NCBI GenBank assembly: GCA_012295275.1
Contig: CM022679.1
Coordinates: 17,794,001 to 17,858,000 of the forward strand
Length of the DNA stretch: 64,000 nt
Reading direction: 5' to 3'
Source: Chrysomallon squamiferum
Lineage: Eukaryota; Animalia; Mollusca
A program made the translations under genes and the position numbers. Of this stretch, positions 10,724-22,958 are shown piece after piece; within the stretch, counting starts at the first letter, position 1, and every line of letters starts with the position of its first letter. The notes beneath the pieces were generated by a model. It had not been told where the DNA came from. It saw only the letters and a list, made by a program, of their open reading frames with translations, and made no database searches.

Positions 10724-13700
10724 TGTTACAATAACAGTTTTGTTTCAAGAATGATAATTCAAATTTTAATATTTTTCTGAAGGGAAAAAGATTGAATTAA
10801 CGAATCAGTCAAATAATAATTATTTTTTATTTTTAAAATGACATGACGTATTTTATTAGCAGTTAATTAGACATTTTTCTGGTATAAGGGTTTTTTGGTT
10901 AAAGGGCACTTCGTTGATTTGTCCGAAATAACAAATTACCCCAAATTTTCTCCACCGTTTTATCAAAAGTGTGAACAGTTTCAACCCTCCCCACTTTAGT
11001 TGTATGCTCACGAGTTCCTCCCATTGATTAATTGCAAGATTTCTTTAATATCCATAAATAAACAGAAAAGAAAACATATCAGCCTGTCATAAACAGTTGA
11101 GAAACGTTGGCTGGAACTGGAAATAACCTCATAGCTATTGATCAGTCTACTTATCATGGTAAGGCTGTAACACTGATAAGTCAATTTTTTTTTCTCAGGA
11201 ACACTTTTACTTTGGGTTTTTTCAGGTCATATTTTTTATGCAGCGTAAAGCATTTTAAAATATATTTAGTGTTGTAAGAGAGAGCGAGAGCATACACATA
11301 CACTCTCCATTTTCCTTTCACCAATTTTTCTACTCAAAATAACAGAAAACTGTATTATTCCCAAACATTTGATTCGAAATAACAAACACAAACAGAAACC
11401 ACAAGGTTGTTGTAATTGTATTATTAATGTACGGAATGTTGGCAGTTTGAAAAGAGAAACCTGAAGTAAAAACCACTGAGTGGAGTTGTTGTCTAGATTT
11501 CAACGACATGGCAATTCAATACATCTTATCGCGATTATCAGAATTCTGCGAAACAAGTCATGTTCTTGAAGGACATGTCTATCTAAGCAGTTCTAGGTTT
11601 TTGTTTCAGTAAAACCAAGCAATCGACATAGCTGCATATTAACAGAACAGTACCATATGGGTCGGTTTACAAAATATTGTCGCTGTTCCGCGTTTACGTA
11701 ACGAAATGAAGGTTGGTTTTACATTTATTTCTTTGCTTTTTTCTTTTTTCTTCCATTCCTTCCTTCTTTCTTTCTTTCTTTATTTATGGTAGGTGTGTTC
11801 AAGATCAGTGCTCTGACCTGTGTGTCTTTGTTTAGCATGACATACTTAAAGTAATTATTTCGTTTATTCTGCGTTTTTATGTTATGTTCTAATATATCAG
11901 ATTTCTCAACTTGCTTGAATGTAATCAATCACCAAAATACTCATTGTTCTTTAATTCACTGATCATTCATTTAAACGTTTTCGACAATGCAGAGATGTAA
12001 AAAAAAAAAAAACACAAAACAAAAACATGAAAAAACCCAACAACATATATGTCTGTATTTATGCAGCACAGTAAAGCGCAGTACAACATATTCAAATACA
12101 CTGCTACTGACAAATAAAAACATAGACAAAAACAGCAATAACAATACAATAATAGCCGGTTTAATAAACTTGTACATATCTATACTGCATTTTAAGGTGG
12201 ATTAAAGAGATCATTATTTTATGTAAAGGAAATTAACAGACCGGTTCACTAGTTTCATGAAAACACGTTACAAATTTCTACTCTAACGGTGCATTTACCG
12301 TGAATTTCATTCTATGCTGCTCTAACGAGCCTGCATCTCTCGAGAAGTAAACCGAAACAAGTTATCTCGTGCTAAGCTTATTCGATTATCGTGTGCCCGG
12401 GACGGGCTAGTGGCAGAGTATACATTAATATGTGCCTTATTGCCCTGACCTAAACTGGTAATCTGGACTTGGATATTGAGCACACAAGACTTTGGCTCTG
12501 GTTCGATATTTTTAATTACGCGTAGGCGTTTAGCTAACATTATCGCTTGTGTTTGCATAGTGAGACAATGGGAATAAAACAGAACACATGCATTCGTGTT
12601 TGTCAATGTCATATCAAGTGCCTTTCCTATGTGCGTCAATCGCAGGACTATCTTCTACAAACATAGTTGCCTTTGTTTGCGTGTTGCACCTAAGCGGGTT
12701 ATTAGTCTTTACACTTTTAATTATTTTTATTTTTTTTTTGAATGAAAAAATAAATCAATATTTTCTTTTATGGAAGCTTTCACATTTATGAATCAAAACA
12801 AACAAACAAACAAACAACAATAATAATAATAATTAAACATTTAAAATTAAACTGTTGATTACTAATCAGATGCACAGGGGATTTGGTAAGAAAACTTTAC
12901 TGAAATTAACCCACTTCTGTGACAGTTCCATCCACTCTGTATCTTTACTACACACCTTCCCTGAGGCAGGAATTTTCTGTGATCGTGTTTGATAAATTTG
13001 ATGTGATATGTAACTGAGTCCAAACAGCGCAACGTGGCTTAATATATTCCAGCTCATCTCGTCTCGGGTATGTCTATTGAACTACATCACGAACATATCA
13101 ACGAACATTCAAGATTTAAAACTGCATGCAAAACGACTGTATGGAAATAATATCTCTCAGGTCTCATTTCGATATGGTATCAACCACCGCGTTGTCTCTT
13201 TATTGCCATTCAGCCATTAAATTGGCGATTTCTAATAACCAGTAATCTAGTTTTAGCTTTAATTGTTTTACCAAGTGTGCCCTAGGCATTTATTTTTGTC
13301 ATTGATATTGGGTACGTTTAATAACTATTATTATTTTTATTTTTTTTTGCTTTTGTTTGTTTTTTGTTGTATTTTTTGCTTTATAATGATTGTAAAATTT
13401 AATAGACAGAACAGACCTGTTCTTTTTTTCTTTTTTTCTTTATGCTGCAAATTGGATTTCGACTAGCTCATCTAAAATCTTGTTAACTAATCGTGGTCAT
13501 ACTTATATCAAAACTGACATTGTCTTCGTAACTAGTCAAATAACAATCTAAGCACTTCTGATTATTATACAGCTTGTTTAATTTTTAACTAATGAATAGC
13601 ATCGTACAATATATTTTGAACTAAAAAGATTTGAATTATCTACATCTGGATCTTTAATCTATATGTATGCGTAAAACAAACTGTGTTTTGAACACATTAC

Positions 13701-13995
13701 AATAATATGAAATATAAATTAATAATTTTACATAATGAGTACATGAAATATAGAAAACTAGATCCAAAATCCTGAAACTTCTTTAATAAAAATGTTCGCT
13801 AACAAACAGTTTTCAGTTTATGGATGGGGCACTGTAAATATGCCACTAACAACACAGCTTCAGATGTAACACAAAGAGACAATAGTTGCATTACATGAGC
13901 TGATAAAGAGAAAATACAGTATTGATTTTGTGACGGTTAATATCTGTCGTATAAAAATAGGACAGTTAATGTGTGATGTATTTTTCTATTTTTTT

Positions 13996-13997
<2 letters not shown>

Positions 13998-14045
<48 letters not shown>

Positions 14046-14125
14046 TGTGCTTGTATATAATTGTATTAGTCGTATCAAACAAAATAATCAAAAACGTTTT
14101 TAATATAGTTTCGTTTAATAATAAT

Positions 14126-14161
<36 letters not shown>

Positions 14162-14330
14162 CTATACACATGTAACTATATATATATATATGTATGTATG
14201 TATGTATTTATGTATGTATGTGTGTATGAATTAATGTATGTATTATGTATGTATGTAGGCCTATGTTTGTATGTATGTATATGTTTTTAAGAATATGTGT
14301 ATATTTATGAATGTGCATATGTGTATGTAT
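13998..14330. repeat. SSR cluster (CA)n, (AAT)n, (TA)n, (TATG)n
   Basis: Directly visible. Confidence 0.9.
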
Positions 14331-14419
14331 ATTATCTGTTCATGTTTATACAATCTGATCCTGCGTGTGCCAGCTTTAATCTACAGGAGAGATAACTAAA
14401 AAGAAAATTTTTAGAACAT

Positions 14420-14680
14420 TAGACCAATCATTAAATATTATTAACATTAAGTATCATCTTAACTTACAGCGCTAAAGTTTGAGTAAACTGAAAACAGATA
14501 TTTCAGTTTTACGATTAGCGAGGCTTGGCGCGTGCGACAGCTGAATTGCCTCACGAGCAAACACGAGTTTTATAAATAGGTCATCGGAAAGCTACAGCTG
14601 GAAACAACCTGTAATATCTTCATACTGTCTCCAGATAATAAATTGTTTTTAGTTTGGGATTGTGTTTACCGTTAGGCAAG
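14420..14680 (+). promoter_or_regulatory. Candidate distal promoter and non-coding first exon of the bHLH gene
   Basis: CCAAT 14424-14428, CGCGTG 14529-14534, CAGCTG 14538-14543 and 14595-14600, CACGAG 14552-14557 and 14562-14567, TATAAATA 14571-14578, possible GC donor AG|GCAAGT at 14676. CpG-rich patch in an AT-rich background. Confidence 0.45.
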
Positions 14681-14796
14681 TAATTTTTGACTTTCATGTT
14701 TTCCAATCCTTGAATGGGAATATAGTTTAGATTTTTTTTTTTTTTTTTTGGTAGAAATTATATCTAAAAACTTACTATTTTATTTATTTTTCAAAA

Positions 14797-14797
<1 letters not shown>

Positions 14798-14846
<49 letters not shown>
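14798..14846. repeat. (ATT)n microsatellite
   Basis: Directly visible. Confidence 0.93.
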
Positions 14847-15214
14847 CCTGGAAGAAGATAAGCTAATAATTGCAATTGTAAATATATCTAATATTCCTGT
14901 ATATACAAAATCAACTAAATGTCAATGAATGTCGGTGATGACGATGTCAACGACAACGTTAATAATTTGCTTACCTTGTTTTATCTCATTAATTATTTGC
15001 ATCTATCTTCAGTCAAAACCGATGACTACCTAAAGCTCAATGGATTATTTTATAAAGTACCAATCTTCTATTTTTATTTATTTATTTATTTTAAGCTATA
15101 AAGTTTTAATATGATATTAACATTTATAATTTCAACAATAACCTGCATCAGCTAGCTGCCTGTGTACTGAATTTGTAGTTCGGGTAACAAACATTAAAAT
15201 AATTGATAAATAAA

Positions 15215-15420
15215 TGACGGGGGAGATTTCAATAATTGGAGATTTCAATGATTGTTAAAACTGTGTTTTTACAAAATGGTTAGAATAGCATTAATTATAG
15301 ATATTCAGCAAATTGCAGTCGCACGAGGGGGCGGCTGTGTTGACGCAGCAACATATATATAGCGAGTGAGTGTTGTCTCTGTGTGTGTTGCAGATACAGA
15401 GATTAATTTATCAGTTTCTC
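15215..15420 (+). promoter_or_regulatory. Candidate proximal promoter/enhancer of the bHLH gene
   Basis: 16-bp tandem duplication ggagatttcaat(a/g)att 15222-15253, CACGAG plus GGGGGCGG GC-box 15322-15334, CRE-like TGACGCA 15341-15347, TATA-like TATATATAG ~15354-15362, Inr-like TCAGTT 15411-15416. Confidence 0.4.
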
Positions 15421-16138
15421 GCCTGTAACTTGATTTTTCTTGCTTATTTTTTATTTTGTTTTTTATTTTTCATGCTTTTTGTATGATTTAAGATCTGATT
15501 AATCATTTTAAACAATGCCTGTATTTGTAACTCGCTGTACCAATAGGTCAATATTTATCTCAAAACTATCTATGGACATTTAAAAATACTGTTAATGTAC
15601 ATAATTAACAGCCTTTATTATGCATTAGTCATATAACAAAGTTCAGAACGGTTTACAAAATATAGTTATATTCACTTGTTTCTCTAGAGTAAAAATCGTA
15701 GCTGTTAGAGAATTTTATTTTTTATTTTTATTTTTATTTTTTAAATACATTTCGATAAATTTGTTATTCATGTTAGTTCTGGGTAAATATTTACTTTTAC
15801 TTTCTGACACATGTTGTTAAATAAATGTTGAATTTCAAACTGTTATTTTTAAATTATGTTTTCAATTTAATTAATTTTTTTTAAAACCTTTTTCACGTTT
15901 TTTATTCAATAACTGTCAGTCCAGAAACAAAAACAACAACAACAACAATAAAAATAATAATATGATGATCATGATGATAATAATGGTGATGATGATGATT
16001 ATGATGATGAACTTTTATTTTGATATTGGTCATAAGGCTGAAATCAAATACTATTTGACAACGTGCTTTCACTTTCAGTCGTTCTGTTTAGTCGTTCTTT
16101 TTCTCCCTTCAGTGCACACACTGTGAAGAACTAGTTTC

Positions 16139-16183
16139 ATGCAGGAATCAGTCGAGAAAACCAGGAATTCTGAATTACACGTG
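16139..16183 (+). CDS. dimm: Probable first coding exon of the dimmed-like gene (MQESVEKTRNSELHV); exon ~16113-16183
   Basis: Acceptor ttctttttctcccttcAG (16111-16112), ATG at 16139, 15 open codons, donor GTG|GTTTGT at 16184. Phase-0 join to 17252 (GTT ATG CGG) keeps the frame and gives a 223-aa protein. Confidence 0.6.
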
Positions 16184-17251
16184 GTTTGTTTAATTGGGAT
16201 TTATTTATTTTTGTAATCTACAATACAATAACTTGTAGCATTTCTGTGACGTTTTCATGTAAACCTATGAAGAAAACCCCTGTTATGAATATAATACAAA
16301 TCCGCTCGATTTCAGAATATTCCCGGTTTGGAAGCAGCATTGAACGTATTAAACTGAACTGTGAAATGTACATATGTAGAAGAATAAATAACTGGTATAA
16401 AGTAGACAATTACGAGACCACGATTTAATCAACAATGTGGAATCCTATTATGGACCTTAATACTGGAAGTCTTCTTTTCAGAAGATGAAATTCAGTTCAC
16501 AATATGAAGTGATATTTTATAACGGCCATAACAAGCAAACATTTTTTTTAAATATTCAGTAATCGCGCAATCAAACAGGAATTCTATAATATGGAAATAG
16601 TGTTTATCTTTTATTCAGAACATAATTAATTTTATTTTCAATACATTTTCATAATAACATGGTTGATATTCCATCACGGACACGCGAATGTGAACAAACG
16701 AATTTCGAGTTTCTTGCATTGATTTTTCGTTATTTTAAGTCTCTTTAATTCTTTAGCGGTCATCAGCTTTTTCTTCTTTGTCTTGTATTGATCCAAGTAT
16801 AAGCTTATATAAAGACATTAAACGTTATGGAAAGCAACAGAGAAGAATAAAGTAAAATACATTCTTAATCAACAGTTTTTACAGTTTGATCTATATTCAA
16901 TTTACATTGTTTTAGAGATTTGACTAGTTATATTTTTGCTAGTCTATGAAGATTGCATTGTTTTAATGTGTGTTAAGTAAAGTTATATCTAACAAAGATT
17001 AATAGACTGCACTAACCTATATTATGATGACGATGACGATTATATTATTATTGTTATTCGTTTATTACCATCATGTTCGTCGTCGTGGTCATCATTATAA
17101 TCATTAAATTTAATATCTATTCCAATTGGAATTCAGCTTTTCTTTGGCTTCTGTTTAAAAGATTAAAAAATAATAATAATAAAAAAATATTTAAAAAAAA
17201 AACATCAGAAAAACCCCCAGAAACCCACAACTTTTTTTGTAATATTTACAG

Positions 17252-17878
17252 GTTATGCGGCATAAATTGGAAGATATGAACCTTAATCTGGATACTGGAT
17301 TACATGACGACATGTGTGATTCTATATGGGAGCAACCGGATGTAGATGGTGGAGATTACCAAATGCGCGGCAAGCGAGGCATCAAGAGAGACAACCCCAG
17401 CTCGCCATCAGAATCAGGAGGCAGTTCTTCAAATGAAGGCGTTTTAGAGAAGAAAGCTAGAAATGCAAAGAAATCAGCAAGGAAAAGAAAAGGAGTGAGT
17501 GCTAGAGAACGAAATATTCGCCGACTGGAAAGTAACGAAAGGGAAAGAATGCGAATGCATTCATTAAACGATGCATTTCAGGACTTAAGGGAGGTAATTC
17601 CTCACGTCAAACTCGATCGGAAGTTGTCGAAAATTGAGACACTGACGTTAGCGAAAAACTATATAAAAGCTCTGACTAATGTGATTTGTGATATGCGAGG
17701 CGAGGACGCCCCCTATCACTTGGAGCCTGTTGATAACAATGTGGATGGCGATTCACCTGGCGACAGACAAACCTCACCAGGCATGCCAGACGACAATGAT
17801 TCCATGGAATCAATCAACCAGGACTCAAATGAACAAGACATAGACTTTGAGGGTGATGACGACATATATGATGTTTGA
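17252..17878 (+). CDS. dimm: Dimmed/MIST1 (BHLHA15)-like bHLH transcription factor, main coding exon (ORF ATG at 17255)
   Basis: 207-aa ORF with b[67 protein letters not shown]. The [25 protein letters not shown]...+[17 protein letters not shown] pattern is characteristic of Dimmed/MIST1. Basic NLS-like stretch [14 protein letters not shown], acidic C-terminus and higher GC than the flanks. Preceded by acceptor ctttttttgtaatatttacAG (AG 17250-17251). Confidence 0.95.
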   Translation, partial: VMRHKLEDMNLNLDTGLHDDMCDSIWEQPDVDGGDYQMRGKRGIKRDNPSSPSESGGSSSNEGVLEKKARNAKKSARKRKGVSARERNIRRLESNERERMRMHSLNDAFQDLREVIPHVKLDRKLSKIETLTLAKNYIKALTNVICDMRGEDAPYHLEPVDNNVDGDSPGDRQTSPGMPDDNDSMESINQDSNEQDIDFEGDDDIYDV

Positions 17879-20454
17879 CATGTTTTGTTGTAAAAAAAAA
17901 AGAATAAAAAAAAAAAAAAGAATTAAGAAACAAAGAAAAAAAATGAAAATTATAAAACGTCATTAAAAATAAACAAAGACAAAACAAACAACAACAAAAC
18001 ATTACTCACTTCCGTTATAATTTTATTGATTGTTACAATTGTGGGATATTCTTTCAGGAGTTCGTTGTTTGAAATTCTACATCAAAATATTTCTCTTACA
18101 GTATACCGGATTGGATATCGGTAATTAGAATGGGATAAAACTGTTGTTAACATTCAACGACCTGCTGCCATTCTTTGTACATAAACTGTGTGACGTTTAA
18201 GAAAAACGTCATCAGCGTGTGTGAAATATTTTAGTCATCATATTTCTGTGGGGAGCTATTGCATTCAGCTGCTGTGAATCCATTAATCGTAGGATATAAC
18301 ACTATGAACGTGTGTATAAATTTATCAACAGTTGTATAATATAACGGGAGGAAGACAACAAGCGGATAGCAATTCATCAGAAACATACAGCAACAAGATT
18401 TGACGACTATTTTGGCGTCGTTTTACTTTTCATTTCAGGATGATTTTTGTTTGATGTTCTTTTCGTTTCGTTTTCTAATTTATTATTATTTTATTTTTTC
18501 AGAAGGTTGTTGAATCTAAAGAGAGATGTATGTGAGGATTTAATTTTCAGAACACGTCAGGTATGTTCTGTTTGTATCTGGGTGGACATTTTTGAAAAGA
18601 AAACGCATGAAATGTAAATTTACAAAATAAACATGTCAGTGATTTCATTCTGTACACATAATACGTTTATACATATATATATATGTATATGTATATATGT
18701 ATGTGTATATTTCTATGAATAACAATAATAATTATATGTATATATGTGCTGTATGTGTGTGAAAAACAAAATTCTTCTAATTGTCAAATCGCCAAAATAT
18801 ATAAACCAATGTAAAAGACATTATCTCTTTTCGGAAATGATGATATATTTTTGCATTGCTATTTTATATAAATCTTATTTTTTATCCCTTTAAATTCCAT
18901 TTATGAGATTTCTCTTGAAATGTGAGATAAAAATATTTTTGCACTGGTCTTGTAGACTTTCGGCTTAACGATATTATTGATTTTACGATTATCTTACTTT
19001 AATTCCTGTCGCAATTTTTCTTGTCAGTAGCTGTTGTCACTATGGTAATCTTAACTACAGAATGCAGCCTTATACTACATGTAATTCTAAACAGATGACC
19101 ATTATACCGATACTTTTATCATAAATAGAAAGGCTCTTTATTTAGTTTTTGGTAACAACAACAACACTGTATATATATATATATATATATAATCAATATA
19201 TGCAAAGAATTTACCAAAGCCGACAAAAATAATACCAAAAAGCATAAGATTGATATTATTACCAGTAATAAAGAAACTGATATGTTAAACATGTTTTTAA
19301 GTGTACAAAGAACAACTACAGTCATAATATAGACACCTGGTTTGATCTAAGTTTTTCGAGATATATCAGTAAATTTATATACGTATATACAGTTTTTATT
19401 TTGGTTTCAGTGTGCCTCTGAAAAGAAAAGTTTCAACGGAATCTATTATTCTTCAGATATTTACTTTTTCTTAATTTTCTGCTTACTGATCTGACAATTA
19501 GGGCTGAATGAATCATTCATAAATCTTAAAATGTCTATTTGTTTAATGTATATTTATTATAGAGGAAGAATTCTGCCTATAACCATTGTTTATTTACACA
19601 AGTGAATACAGAAAAGGCCATCCCAGTTTTAAGAGGAACCTTAATGTCGTCTGCTGATTAGATAAGTACTAGTTGATGGAGCACAGCGATCCATCACGAA
19701 GAGTAAACTGTGATTTATTCAAACTCCAGTGGCTCTTATCAAATTTTTATTTGTCGACCTACTTTTCATGCATTCATTTGTAGCGGTTCATGGTTCCATA
19801 CAGAATGACCACAGATAAATTGTGAATATTGGTTACGGTTCTTTGGTCATTAATTAATTAATATCACAGTCCTTTTTGTCTAAATTAATGCACGATTAAT
19901 GTCTGTATTAAACTCTTTCATTAGAATTGCTAAGTATATTATTTCTGTATTACAAGACCCTTCAACATTTATTATTATCATTATTAATGCATAGAAAAAA
20001 AAAGAAGAGAAAAAAAAGAAAATTATGGTGTAAATAAACAGTTTACTGAAATATACACACTTTATTTTCAGATTTCATAGATTTGATCAAACCAGATGAT
20101 ATTTCTTAAAACATTCAGTTTCGTTGTATTTATATTTCTTTAATTTTTCTGTTTCACATTCCTTTCGATAAACTTTCAATGACAAACACGGATTACTTTT
20201 AAAATTAACTAAAAACATTTTATCGTATGAAATTTCAGATATCTGTTATGAATTCATACTATTCCAGAAAGAATAACATTATAAGTATTTTATTAAATCT
20301 GCATGAATCGATCGATTTGATCAGTCACCATTCTTCTTGAATCTGACACTGTAACTATTTTCTATTGTTAACTCACACGTAACATCCACCTGCTAGAAAC
20401 CGCAGATATTTAATTTACAGTAACATTTATTTCTACTGAACACATTTATTATTC

Positions 20455-20651
<197 letters not shown>

Positions 20652-22922
20652 CCTTGTTTTCATAAACTATTTTTAAATGTTTTAATTGTTCTTGTTATAA
20701 CTGTATAATTCTATAAAATCTGTTATTATTTTAAAATTTTAACAAGCAGTTGATATTTTTTCTTATTCTCTCTCAGGGAATATATTTTTATATCTAGTTT
20801 CAGTAGAAAAAGAGACATCCATACATATTTCTATATAAAAGAAAAATATTCGTACGTTATGAATATATTTAACTACTTTAATTATATTTATTTTCTATTT
20901 AAAATATCAGTTTTGTTGAAAACATTTTTTTCTTCAAGTATTGATTTAAAGAACAGAAATTATATCTTACAAGGGCATTCGTTTCTTTTCTTATCTATCA
21001 GATTTCGCGAAATATGTTTGCCATCTGTTCTGTCTGTTCCAAAAATTCCTCAAATAGTTTTGTGAATATGCGACAACTGAGCATTTGTAAAAGTTACTTT
21101 AGGTATAAGACCTTGTAAGATTTCGTTAATAATCGGAAACAATCGGAAACAACCGGATGTTTTCTACTTCAATAACGAAATCTGATAGGTTGTCGGATAT
21201 TAATGAATGTATTGAATTTGATTTCGCCCGCTAAAGACAAAATCAAAGTGATATTATATTTTGTTATTATAAAGCAATTTATCACTTTCTATTCTAATTA
21301 AAATTTACATAATTATGTAATTGTTTTATAAAGCTGATAATGATGACCATCATTTGGAGAAATATATTTTATAAATTTTTAAATTAAGAATATATTAATA
21401 TTAAATGCTAAATAATACTCATAACGTGTAGGAATATGATAGGTTGTTCACAATTTTGTGAGTGCTATACTGCCGTGTGTTTCTACAGATTTTTATTAAA
21501 GGTAATCGATCATCGGTTTTTCGCGACAAATTAATAAAGTAAAGGAAGTGAGGATTAAAAGTCAAGTTATTAATTGCTGTTAAAATAATGTGGGAAAGAG
21601 TTATTTATTATAAAGCATAAAGCTGTTTAATTTTTACTATATTTTCGGCTATATCAGTAGAGAATATTTCATAAATTAGTAATAGAGAGGATGCTAGCTT
21701 CTGTTAGGTCGCGTATCTAATGACACCGTTGCAAATAATTGCTATTAACATTGCAGCGAATGCCATTAAAATGATTAAATTTCACAAACATATTGATAAT
21801 TAATCTTCGGTATTACGGCTCTGAACAGGATTGCACACTAATATCTTTTAACTATGTCCTTTATATCCAGTCAATAAAATCTGGTTTATTTTGAATGTTC
21901 GACTGTATTAGATGATATATATATATATATATATATATAAAAAAAAACCATTATTGAAAAATACAATACTGTGTAGTTGAAATTAGTATTATATTAACAA
22001 ACTAACGTCTGGTTAAGTCTATTTAATGATTTCTGTGTGGCTGTCATGTCTGTAGTTTAGATAACAGTGTCTTCCCAAAGACACGAGGGCTCTCAACAAA
22101 GGCTGTGAAAATATTGAAGTGATCATAAATTTGTAAATGTATTTCATAAAATAATGTGCTTAGCAAGTTGCGATGTTTGTTTTCTTCGTCATAGTCATCA
22201 TCGCACAAAAACATCTTGTTTGTCCTGACCCAATCAACAAATATGAAAATGACGGGTGAGTACAGCTCTAACTTTTTTGGACAGTGTCGTCAGTTAGTTG
22301 CATCTGAACACTTTCATAATGCAGACTAGAGTTTATAATTCTTGAATAATGAGATAAAATCTATGTCAGAACACTTTATTAAATATTACCTTCTGCGGAT
22401 AAATTTAGCCATAATTATAAAACCATCTCACAAGTTTCAACCTGAAAACGTGAAATGTTTTGGACATTCAGCTGTCGATGGCTTATATAGATATACAAGT
22501 TGAATTATCTGTTTCATGGGACATTAGATAATGGCTGTATTATGTCAGCAAAGCATATACTCGAGGTGTCCTCTAATACCAAGGTGAACTGTAGGAGAAA
22601 GCTCTTAGCCTGTCTGATATGATCGCACGAACAATGCTGCTGTGTTCACCCGTACTAAATTGAATGAAGTCTAGAATTAACGCTTGAGACGGACAGAGAT
22701 TCTGAAAAACATGTTTCCATCGGCGTCTGCGTTTTGTTATTGTTGTCAGATTTTAACATCGGCGATAATCAAGAAAAAAACATCGATATTTAGTTGAGGA
22801 AGAAACGAGTTGCCGTGATTTGATACAATTAAGATCTGACAGACGTCAATGTTTTTCATTGGCTTCGTCTTCTTGTATTTCTTCATTTTTTTTTTTTTTA
22901 ATTTGTGGGGGGGGCTTTGTTT

Positions 22923-22958
<36 letters not shown>

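Noticed and set aside
10565-10780. Poly-Ile ORF and similar poly-YI, SL, RE, N, V and T ORFs elsewhere
   Set aside because: Microsatellite translations.
12322-12639. 105-aa minus-strand ORF
   Set aside because: No family resemblance; length is within chance expectation.
21497-21560. TTAAAGG Kolobok-like starts (also 25822, 38588, 41627)
   Set aside because: No matching inverted end found.
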